Assembly: GCA_027486405.1 (NCBI GenBank)
Contig: JAIXPD010000073.1
Coordinates: 33,580 to 97,579, forward strand
Origin: Azospirillum sp.
GTDB lineage: Bacteria > Pseudomonadota > Alphaproteobacteria > Azospirillales > Azospirillaceae
Direction: 5' to 3'
Length of the DNA stretch: 64,000 bases
A program made the position numbers and the translations under genes. Below the pieces are notes generated by a model that saw only the letters and a list, made by a program, of their open reading frames with translations, did no database searches and was not told where the DNA came from. How positions within the stretch are numbered: position 1 is the stretch's first letter; each line of letters starts with the position of its first letter. This document shows, piece after piece, positions 56,609-64,000 of this stretch.

Positions 56609-56893
56609 TCATCGGCCTACGTCGCCCTGATTCGCAGAATGGTTTGATGGCGATTGGCGGATCAGGCGCAGTTCGTAGACCACGTCCCGCAGCCCAGCGC
56701 ACAGGCTGCCGAGGCCAAACAGCACAACCCCACCTATAAAGATCATGCTCCCATCTGCGACGCCACCGGGTACAAGAATAATGGTGGCAATTCCAGAGAG
56801 AAAAAGAACGACGCCAATTATTCTTAAGAACCAAGATGAAATTGAAGGATGGCGCACAACTTCTTGATTTTCCTGTGTCATGTTGGTTCTCAT
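56609..56893 (-). CDS. Small two-TM prophage accessory protein
   Basis: 94 aa, two hydrophobic helices, AT-rich codons. Confidence 0.6.
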   Translation of the reverse strand: MRTNMTQENQEVVRHPSISSWFLRIIGVVLFLSGIATIILVPGGVADGSMIFIGGVVLFGLGSLCAGLRDVVYELRLIRQSPSNHSANQGDVGR

Positions 56894-56937
56894 TTTGGAA
56901 ATCTTTTTTGCAAATTGCGAAAATTGGCGAACAGGTT

Positions 56938-57237
56938 TTAGGAAATCCCTTTCGCTTCATGCGCCGGTGGCGCTGGTGGATAGGTTCGGTGGTAGTCATT
57001 CTGAGCCGCCACGCGATGGGCTTTCCACGCGCATACCGCTGTATGACATGACAAATCCTGTCGCCGCACACGATCCGCCGACAGGCTGCGCAAGATGGCG
57101 ATCAGCTCGTCGGCCTCAGGCGGTTTGATGGCCGGCGGGTAGTAATACATTGGCACACTCCGTGCTATCCATCCCTTGCCGCGCGGCAAGAGCTGGGGGA
57201 GGGGCCTCATTGAGAGACCCTTGATGTTGCTTCTCAA
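56938..57237 (-). CDS. Hypothetical prophage protein
   Basis: 99-aa ORF co-oriented with the repressor; no motif recognised. Confidence 0.4.
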   Translation of the reverse strand: MRSNIKGLSMRPLPQLLPRGKGWIARSVPMYYYPPAIKPPEADELIAILRSLSADRVRRQDLSCHTAVCAWKAHRVAAQNDYHRTYPPAPPAHEAKGIS

Positions 57238-57442
57238 ACGGGTGTGCCCACGCCCGCGACCGGGATTACCAGTCCCGGCCCCGCTCTTCTATCGGCATAC
57301 TGACGTATGCCGATAGGTTGTGCGGAGTGAGAATTCTGCCATTGATAAAAGTGGATTTGCAAGAGTGCTGCGCGGCATCGTAGCAATGTTGCGCAAACAC
57401 GCCACCTATGCCCGCATTGCGGCCACGCCGCTATAGACCAAG

Positions 57443-57994
57443 TCAGTCGATCAAGCTGACGATTTCCGACAAGATCGGATGAGCGGCGATATCGACCGGA
57501 TGACCGGCCTCACGCAGATGCATCGGCATGTCCGCGCCTGATTCGGCGAGCTGTTCCCGCCAGCGTGACAGGATCCGGTAAAATACCACGGTCATGCGGG
57601 CTTTTTGCTGCGGCATGGGCAGCAGATCCTTGGCTGCCAAATATCGTTCCAGCCCCTCAACAAGATTCGCCAACAGGGCCTCATCGAGAGAGCCGCGGCC
57701 ACCGGACGCGGTGGCGTTCCGCTCTTTCACCAGCATGGCACCCTGGCCAGTGACGAGCCAATCCAATGACACGCCCTTGGGAACGCATAGCCGCGCGACG
57801 GTGTCTAAAAACGGTCGGTTCAGCGCTTTCAGCTGCCGAGTGAGCTGCTCGGGTGTAATGCCCGCCGTCTTTGCCGCCATAGTTTTCGTGTCATAGAGGC
57901 GGACCACCATATCTATGCGGGTTGCCAGTTCATCGACCGAACCGGAAACGCGGGGTTCCAGTTTGCCCACTTGGCCCTGGTCCGGATTTTCCAT
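57443..57994 (-). CDS. Prophage repressor (XRE/CI-like HTH)
   Basis: AAKTAGITPEQLTR HTH and SLDWLVTGQG; divergent from ner. Confidence 0.8.
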   Translation of the reverse strand: MENPDQGQVGKLEPRVSGSVDELATRIDMVVRLYDTKTMAAKTAGITPEQLTRQLKALNRPFLDTVARLCVPKGVSLDWLVTGQGAMLVKERNATASGGRGSLDEALLANLVEGLERYLAAKDLLPMPQQKARMTVVFYRILSRWREQLAESGADMPMHLREAGHPVDIAAHPILSEIVSLID

Positions 57995-58133
57995 TGATTT
58001 TCCTTAGTATTTCCGTGGAGACCCACCGGACAAGGTTCGACCGAACCGGCAACCGTTTCCAGATCGAAAGTTTTCCTTGCAGCCAATATCTTTTCTGGGT
58101 AAGACAATATCCATGGAAATTGACGAGACAAGC

Positions 58134-58427
58134 ATGAGAACCAATCACCATTCTCATCCCATCCCCATTCCCAACGACGCGGCGCGTCGCGCGCAGTGGA
58201 TCATCGGTGAGTTGAAGTTGGCAGGCAGCAGCTTGGCAGCCATAGCCCTGGAACTGAATTGCTCACGGCAAGCCGGTGCGTTGGCTCTGCGCATGGGGTC
58301 GCAACGCTGGGAGGCCGCCATCGCTTCAAAGCTCGGGCGGTCACTGCATGAGCTGTTCCCGGATCGTTACGACAAAACGGGCCGTCGCCTGCGTCAGACA
58401 AGAGGGGTGACGCAGGTCGCCGCTTGA
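58134..58427 (+). CDS. ner: Ner/Nlp-family DNA-binding protein
   Basis: I.GELKLAGSSLAAIA..., WEAAIASKLG.SLHELFPDRY; position between repressor and transposase. Start uncertain (58077, 58113 or 58134). Confidence 0.82.
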   Translation: MRTNHHSHPIPIPNDAARRAQWIIGELKLAGSSLAAIALELNCSRQAGALALRMGSQRWEAAIASKLGRSLHELFPDRYDKTGRRLRQTRGVTQVAA

Positions 58428-58684
58428 GAGCGCCGACCGTAAAGCCGACCGACGGCGGCTGACGCCTCAGCCCAGCCAAGATGTGCGGCGGCAACATCGA
58501 CCAAAGCAACGGAGAAGGGGCCACCCACGGCCTGAACAGAGACCGACAAGCTGGCCAGAGCGATCACAAGATGCCGCTTCGCTGCGGCCTCGAAAACATT
58601 CGGTCCCAGCTTCATTCGATCCTCCTCAGTCTTGTTGGAACGCACGGTCTCAAAGCAACGCACACACGCACAACGGGAACAGAC

Positions 58685-59158
58685 ATGGCTAAATCTCCCT
58701 ATAAGCCTCGCCGTCCTGGCAGCCTGAAGGCGGCGGTCGCCGAATTGATCGAGCGCTGCGGCGGTGTTGTCCGTGCGTCAGAACTGGCGCGGGTCAGTCG
58801 GTCACAGCTTTTCCGATACTCAAACGACAGTGATGACGACGCGAACACCCATATGCCCGCCGACATCGTCGCGGCTCTGGAGCGGTCCTGCGGTTACGCT
58901 TACGTCACAGAATGGCTTGCGGTGGAAGCGGGCTGCACCCTGCTGCCAATCGAAATTGACCCGTCCGACGAAGCGATCCCACAGGATGTTGGGTTGGTCG
59001 CTCAACACACGTCTGGGCTGTTTCGTGAATTTGCGGTGGCTTTTGCGGACAGTCGCATTGATTCGATTGAAGCCGCAAAGATGTTGAATGCGGGCGATGC
59101 GATGGTGCGCGCCTACATGCACCTGCGTCCGGCGTTGACCGCGCGCATCCAGGGGTGA
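58685..59158 (+). CDS. Phage CII-like regulatory protein
   Basis: HTH (ASELARVSRSQLFRY), MPADIVAALE, FADSRID..EA C-terminus resemble the 186/P2 CII (CP76) family. Confidence 0.65.
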   Translation: MAKSPYKPRRPGSLKAAVAELIERCGGVVRASELARVSRSQLFRYSNDSDDDANTHMPADIVAALERSCGYAYVTEWLAVEAGCTLLPIEIDPSDEAIPQDVGLVAQHTSGLFREFAVAFADSRIDSIEAAKMLNAGDAMVRAYMHLRPALTARIQG

Positions 59159-59161
59159 CGC

Positions 59162-61327
59162 ATGGGCGATGACTGGAAATCACCAGCGGAATGGGCCGCC
59201 ATGGGATTGCCCGGCGTTCCTGGCAGCAGGCAGGGCTTCCAAAAAAAAGCCACGAGCAAGAAGTGGGGGCCAAGTCGCCCACGTGACGATCAAGGCGGCG
59301 GCAGAGAATACCACGTCTCCGCGCTGCCTGAGATCGCCCGTCTTGAACTGGGCCGCCGCGCGGCGTCCACGACGACGGTTCCGGCTCTCCCCACCTCGAC
59401 GGCGAGACCCACGGTTCCGGCCCTGCCAATCAGCACGGACGCGCAACTGCGCCAAGACTACAAGCTGGCGATTCTGGCGGCTTTCGACCGCTTCCACAGC
59501 GCCAGCGGCGACGCCTTGACGCCTGCCCGTCACAAATTCGTGGGCTTCTACAACGCCCGCCAGATTGACGTGCCGGATTGGTGCCGCGCGGCGTCGCCCA
59601 CCATCAGCATGTCGTCGTTGGAGCGTTGGGCGAAGGCTCGCGACACCGGAGACGCGTCCCGCTTGGCCGGACGCTACGGCAACCGGCTTGGAACGGGCGT
59701 TTTGGACAGTGCGGCAAAGGACATCCGGGGGTATTTGGTCGCGGTGTTGGTGGAAAATCCGCATCTGTCGATGCACCAAGTCCGCCGCCTGTTGGTCCAG
59801 CGTTTCGGCGACGATGTGGAGCTGTTTGACGGCACCAGCCGACCAATGCCCAGCGAGCGCCGTCTGATGGACGTTTGGGCCACTTGGAAAAAGCAAAACC
59901 GTCAACTGCATCTGGCGCTGACCAACCCGGATGATTGGAAGAACAAGCATCGCGCGGCGGTGGGATCGGCGTCCGAAGGGATCGAACGGCCCAACCAATT
60001 GTGGGAGATCGACGCCAGCCCGTCCGACTGTCTGCTGACCGACGGTCGCCATTCGATCTATGTCGTGGTGGACGTTTACACCCGCCGCATCATGGTTTTG
60101 GTCACGAAGGTGCCGCGAACCTCGGCAGTCCTGCTGCTGATCCGCCGCGCCGTCCTGGCCTGGGGCATGCCGGAAGCGATCAAAACGGACAACGGGTCCG
60201 ATTTCGTCAGCCGTGAAGCCGAACGCGCCTATTTCCTGCTTGGCGCGCGGCATCCGACCTGCACGCCCTACTGCCCGGAGCAAAAGCCGCATGTCGAACG
60301 GGCCATTGGCACGGTACAGCATGGGTTTATGCCGCTGCTGCCCGGCTACACCGGCCACAACGTCGCCGCCCGTCAGGCGATCCGGTCGCGGGAAACCTTC
60401 GCGACCCGCATGGGTGAAGCCGAAGCCGACGTTTTCAAGGCCCGCCTCACCGGCACAGAACTGCAAGCCTTGGCCGATGAGTGGGTGAGCAACGTCTACC
60501 AGCACAGTCCACATGAGGGCTTGGGCGACCGCACACCCTTCGCCCTGGCGGAAGCCTGCGCTGGTCGTGAAGCCCGGCTGGTTGATGAGCGCCAGCTTGA
60601 CCTGCTGTTGATGCCAGCCCCCGACGGCGGCACTCGCACGGTCGGAAAAAAGGGAATTCGGGTGGAGGGCGCGGAATTCTGGGCACCGGACCTGATCCCT
60701 TACATTGGCACCGGCGACCGTTTTGACGTGCGGTTGGATCCCGAAGACATGGGCCGCGTGTGGGTCTACCACGCCGACCCCTTCGCCTTCCTGTGCATTG
60801 CGGAAAACCCGGAACGCGCGGGCCTGTCGCGCGCCGCGTTGGCCGCCGAAGCTGTGGAACTGCAAAAGCGGTTCATCGCCGCAGGGAAGGCGCCGCTCCG
60901 TGGTGCAAAAACAAAGTTCCGCCCACAGGATTTGGCCGACGCCCTGATCGGCAAGCCGATGGCCAGCGTCACGGCCTTGCCCAGCGCCGCGCCGCCGCCG
61001 TCCACCGTCCAACCATCCGCCGGTCTGATCGCCGCGCAGGACGCCGCCCGCGCGGCCTTGCCCACGCCGCCTCGCCCGCGTGATGAACGCGAAGCGGCGC
61101 GCGCGGCGGACATTGCCCGGAGGATCGCCGCGCCGGTGGCGATGGCGGAAAAGCCCGAAGATCGCTGGTGGCGGCGCGCGCAGGACATCGAGGCGCGGAT
61201 CGCCGACGAGGCGGAAGTGAGCGCCGAGGATCTCGACTGGCTCCACACCATCGAAACCGCCGCTTGGTATCGCGCCCGCAAGAACGACGCCGCGCGGAAG
61301 GCCGGGTTTATCCGGGCGGTCGAATGA
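59162..61327 (+). CDS. Mu-type DDE transposase (MuA-like)
   Basis: N-terminal enhancer-binding-like GLPGVPGSRQG; DDE triad WEIDAS / KTDNGSDF / KPHVER; C-terminal VGKKGIRV..YDPEDMG-like region. Confidence 0.93.
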   Translation: MGDDWKSPAEWAAMGLPGVPGSRQGFQKKATSKKWGPSRPRDDQGGGREYHVSALPEIARLELGRRAASTTTVPALPTSTARPTVPALPISTDAQLRQDYKLAILAAFDRFHSASGDALTPARHKFVGFYNARQIDVPDWCRAASPTISMSSLERWAKARDTGDASRLAGRYGNRLGTGVLDSAAKDIRGYLVAVLVENPHLSMHQVRRLLVQRFGDDVELFDGTSRPMPSERRLMDVWATWKKQNRQLHLALTNPDDWKNKHRAAVGSASEGIERPNQLWEIDASPSDCLLTDGRHSIYVVVDVYTRRIMVLVTKVPRTSAVLLLIRRAVLAWGMPEAIKTDNGSDFVSREAERAYFLLGARHPTCTPYCPEQKPHVERAIGTVQHGFMPLLPGYTGHNVAARQAIRSRETFATRMGEAEADVFKARLTGTELQALADEWVSNVYQHSPHEGLGDRTPFALAEACAGREARLVDERQLDLLLMPAPDGGTRTVGKKGIRVEGAEFWAPDLIPYIGTGDRFDVRLDPEDMGRVWVYHADPFAFLCIAENPERAGLSRAALAAEAVELQKRFIAAGKAPLRGAKTKFRPQDLADALIGKPMASVTALPSAAPPPSTVQPSAGLIAAQDAARAALPTPPRPRDEREAARAADIARRIAAPVAMAEKPEDRWWRRAQDIEARIADEAEVSAEDLDWLHTIETAAWYRARKNDAARKAGFIRAVE

Positions 61328-61404
61328 CCGGCCTGCAAAATCGAACGGCCCGCGCGTGGGGCGCGCGAGCCGTCCAAACCAAAACGAACTGAGAAGACCA
61401 GACC

Positions 61405-62169
61405 ATGCCGAAAATCACCCGATCCCGCAAGTCCGCCTCGTTCGCCCCGCTGCGCAATCTGACGCTGTTGGAAGAACTGGTTTTGAAACTGAAGGGCCGC
61501 AGCCCGGACGTGCCCGGTCTTGGCGTCTTCCATGGCCGATCCGGCGATGGCAAGAGCCGCGCCGCCGCTTGGGTCGGCGCGTCGGACCACATGGCCTATT
61601 ATGTGGAGGCGAACGATTTTTGGACGCCGCGCGCCATGTTACGCGCCATCGTTGACGCGATGGGGCTGGCCTTGCCCGCACACGCCACCAACAACGAACT
61701 GGCGGGGAAAATCTCCGAAGAGCTGGAGACCAGCCGCCGCCCGCTGATTATCGACGAAGCCGACCATCTGGCGAAAAAGGACATGATCGACAAGGTGCGG
61801 GCGCTCCACGACATGGCCGCCCCCGGCACCGCGTCCATCGTGCTGATCGGCGAAGAGGGCTTGCCGCAGAAACTGCAACGCTACGAGCGGTTCCACCGCC
61901 GCATTCTCGACTTCGTGCAGGCCGAACCCTGCGACATGGATGACGCGCGCCAATTGGCCGCGCTCTACTGCCCCCGCGTGATGGTCGCTGATGACCTTCT
62001 GTCCCGCCTGTTGGAACAGACCTACAGCTCGACCGGACGTGTGGCCGTCAATCTGGTGGCCATCGCCGCCTTCGCGGCTGGCGAAGGGCTGAAAAGCATC
62101 GACTGCGCAGCGTATGAGGGGCAGCGGATCAACACCGGCGCGGCACCAGCCGTTCGGCGGTTCGCATGA
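61405..62169 (+). CDS. MuB-like AAA+ transposition ATPase
   Basis: Walker A GRSGDGKS, Walker B LIIDEAD, VLIGEE..QKL. Confidence 0.92.
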   Translation: MPKITRSRKSASFAPLRNLTLLEELVLKLKGRSPDVPGLGVFHGRSGDGKSRAAAWVGASDHMAYYVEANDFWTPRAMLRAIVDAMGLALPAHATNNELAGKISEELETSRRPLIIDEADHLAKKDMIDKVRALHDMAAPGTASIVLIGEEGLPQKLQRYERFHRRILDFVQAEPCDMDDARQLAALYCPRVMVADDLLSRLLEQTYSSTGRVAVNLVAIAAFAAGEGLKSIDCAAYEGQRINTGAAPAVRRFA

Positions 62170-62735
62170 CAGCGGTCAAACGCCCACGTTTTGACGCGCA
62201 ACGGCGTTTTTGGGCGGAAATTCGCCGCCTGCGCCTCTTTTCTATTGCCGATCTGGTGGCGGTTGGCGGTTCGACGGACAGCGCCAAGATGTTCGTCCGA
62301 CGCCTGCGCCAAAACGGGCTAGTCGAAATGCGCCCCGGCCCGATTTCGAAACCTGGCTGCTTTCCCCCTGCTTTGTATGAACTGGTCAAGGATCTTGGTC
62401 AGCGCTGCCCGCGCTTCACCAGCGCCGGTGCAATCGAGACGGCCCCCACTGCGCAGGAACGGTTGTGGGCCGCAATGAAGCCCTTACGGCAGGGGTTTTC
62501 GGTAACGGAACTGGCCACTCTTGCGCGCGTCAGCGTGGATAACGCCAAAACCTATACCTCTGCTCTGCGCGACACCGGCTATCTCGACCAGATCACCAGC
62601 GCGCCGCCTCACAGGTTCCGTCTCAAGAAGGCTATGAACACTGGGCCGGAACCGCCGCTCCGTGTGCCCGATGGCGTCTGGGACATCAACATCAACGCGC
62701 TGATGCCGCATGTGCCCAAAGAGGCGCAGGAATGA
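62166..62735 (+). CDS. Prophage early protein (two winged-helix-like repeats)
   Basis: ATGA-coupled to the ATPase; W..IRRLRLFS..DL and W..MK..R.GFS..EL..LA repeats. Confidence 0.7.
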   Translation: MTAVKRPRFDAQRRFWAEIRRLRLFSIADLVAVGGSTDSAKMFVRRLRQNGLVEMRPGPISKPGCFPPALYELVKDLGQRCPRFTSAGAIETAPTAQERLWAAMKPLRQGFSVTELATLARVSVDNAKTYTSALRDTGYLDQITSAPPHRFRLKKAMNTGPEPPLRVPDGVWDININALMPHVPKEAQE

Positions 62736-63082
62736 CCACGCACCTAACCAAAGCCAACAGCGCATGGCACGGCGCGCCGCCGTCCTTTGTGGTCGCGCTG
62801 GCCGAGTTGGCCGACCGATCCGGTTTGGCCGCTGCCGGAGCCGCCATCGGCTACGGCAAGACCGCCATCTCTCTGGTCATATCAGCCCGCTACGGCGCGG
62901 GGCTGGCCCGCATCGAACAGGCGGTGGCCGAGAAACTCGGCGTGGTCTCCACCTGTCCGGTCTTTGGCGAGATCGACGACGCGCGCTGCGCCAGAGAGCG
63001 GGAGACGGCGACCCGCAACCGATCCCTTCTCGGGGGCCTTCTTAGAAACGCTTGCCGAACTTGTCAGCGAGGAAAGTCATGA
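62732..63082 (+). CDS. Prophage early HTH protein with Cys-rich tail
   Basis: AAGAAIGYGKTAISLVIS..Y HTH; CPV.GEI...C and C..C; ATGA-coupled. Confidence 0.7.
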   Translation: MTTHLTKANSAWHGAPPSFVVALAELADRSGLAAAGAAIGYGKTAISLVISARYGAGLARIEQAVAEKLGVVSTCPVFGEIDDARCARERETATRNRSLLGGLLRNACRTCQRGKS

Positions 63083-63423
63083 GCCACATTCCACCAAATT
63101 CGGTTGCAAATGCGTTCGGAGCGCTTGCTGACCAGATTGCATCCATGGTTCTGAGCCAACAAGCCCCTGCACAGACTGCCGCTTTGGCTGATCGCATGGC
63201 TGAACTCGGAACCATGCTCCGGAAGCTAGACTTTCGGCGCGGCATCCGGCTTGGCCAACGTGTCGAAACCATTCGAGGCAGGGCGGCTTCTCGCCCTTTC
63301 CACCCCTTCACATCCGATGAATTGGCTGAACTGGTGGCTCTGCTGCGTGAGAATGCCGCTGCTGCCCGTGAGCAGGCGCGACTGTTGGGCGTGACCGGCA
63401 CCAAGGGCGGGGACGTGGCATGA
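63052..63423 (+). CDS. Hypothetical prophage protein
   Basis: In operon; likely start MSH at about 63079; ends in ATGA overlap. Confidence 0.55.
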   Translation: MPNLSARKVMSHIPPNSVANAFGALADQIASMVLSQQAPAQTAALADRMAELGTMLRKLDFRRGIRLGQRVETIRGRAASRPFHPFTSDELAELVALLRENAAAAREQARLLGVTGTKGGDVA

Positions 63424-63899
63424 GCGCCACCACTTACAACCGCTACAGCACGACGACCATGTTGCGCCTGCTGGAAGCCTACGCCGCCCCCGCCTACACC
63501 ACCGCCGTCCGTCCCCCGTCGGCTGTTGATCTGGCCCCGCAGGTCGGCGTGTCCGGCAACACCGCCATCGGCCTGCGCCGCGCCCTGTTGGACGTGGGTT
63601 GGCTGGTGGTGGCCGAGCCGCCGCGCGGCAACCATCCGGGCCGCGTCGTCCTGACCGCTGCCGGTCGTGTGGCCTTGGACCACCGCCCCACCACCATCGC
63701 GAAGACGGGCGGCGAGATCGCCACGCCGCGCAGGCGAAGCGCGACCTACACCCCGCCACCGAGGACGAAGCGCTCCTGCCTGTGCTGCCGTCGTCCGTTT
63801 GACAGCTCCGGTGCCGGACATCGCATCTGCGGTGGATGCAAGTCCACGGACGCCTATCAGTCCAGCGACGCCGGTTCCTATGCCGTGAGGCTGCGGTGA
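63420..63899 (+). CDS. Prophage protein with winged-helix-like N-terminus and C-terminal Zn ribbon
   Basis: CLCC...F.S.G.GHRICGGC motif. Confidence 0.65.
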   Translation: MSATTYNRYSTTTMLRLLEAYAAPAYTTAVRPPSAVDLAPQVGVSGNTAIGLRRALLDVGWLVVAEPPRGNHPGRVVLTAAGRVALDHRPTTIAKTGGEIATPRRRSATYTPPPRTKRSCLCCRRPFDSSGAGHRICGGCKSTDAYQSSDAGSYAVRLR

Positions 63900-64000
63900 G
63901 CGCCCGTATCGTCCCACCGCCGGGCGGGATCGTCGAGATCGACATCCCGTCCAACGGGCCGTCCGCCGGTCACACCGTGACGCGGCGGGTGGAGACGGTG
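63896..64000 (+). CDS. Partial ORF running off the window
   Basis: GTGA overlap with the previous stop; open to the window end. Confidence 0.35.
   Translation, partial: MSARIVPPPGGIVEIDIPSNGPSAGHTVTRRVETV

Larger units (their letters stand above)
56479..64000 (+). mobile_element. Mu-like transposable prophage, left end and early region (continues past window)
   Basis: Begins with TG at the CMD breakpoint (56477 or 56479). Gene order is leftward repressor, ner, CII-like, DDE transposase, AAA ATPase, small early ORFs. Confidence 0.88.

Noticed and set aside
56367-57071. 234-aa ORF as a real gene
   Set aside because: It is a chance in-frame fusion of prophage-end sequence to the host CMD 3' fragment, and overlaps a better-supported 94-aa ORF.
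53965-58427. Functional link between sfsA and the ner (SfsB/Nlp-like) gene
   Set aside because: sfsA is in its conserved host context (map-sfsA-cinA) and ner belongs to the prophage. The proximity looks coincidental.
59162-62169. Tn7-like/CAST TnsB-TnsC module
   Set aside because: No TniQ/TnsD, cas genes or array in the window. The flanking repressor, ner and early genes point to a Mu-like phage.

Overview
High-GC alphaproteobacterial chromosome segment, probably Azospirillum-like (inferred from the proteins and the atpH-priA-tal-DUF484-xerC and radC-map-sfsA-cinA gene order). It has three parts. (1) Bases 1-31804 form one spacer-less palindrome: position i pairs with 31805-i, the centre is 15902/15903, and every ORF in 1-15902 has an identical mirror. 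The mirrored block holds DUF1329, a ferritin-like gene, atpHAGDC, a Cache protein, priA, tal, DUF484, xerC, ansB and an IS110 element. The fold point lies inside the IS110 left non-coding end, just upstream of a readable bridge-RNA-like structure. Its guides match the element's own right junction and predict a left end that is missing here. Only the right arm is seen to continue into unique sequence. The palindrome could be a fold-back artefact, a hairpin telomere or a real inverted duplication, and raw reads are needed to decide. (2) 31.7-56.3 kb is ordinary signalling and housekeeping DNA: two sensor kinases, a STAS/anti-sigma/PP2C module, DedA, an orphan PIN protein, CheY/CheC, nemA-TetR with twin operators, purB, a GGDEF-EAL protein, LysR-nitrilase, radC, map, sfsA, a cinA-like gene and tRNA-Leu(TAA). 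(3) From about 56479 to the window end is the left part of a Mu-like transposable prophage (repressor, ner, CII-like, DDE transposase, AAA ATPase, early genes). It appears to have inserted into a CMD/AhpD-family gene rather than into the tRNA. No CRISPR array or rRNA was seen.
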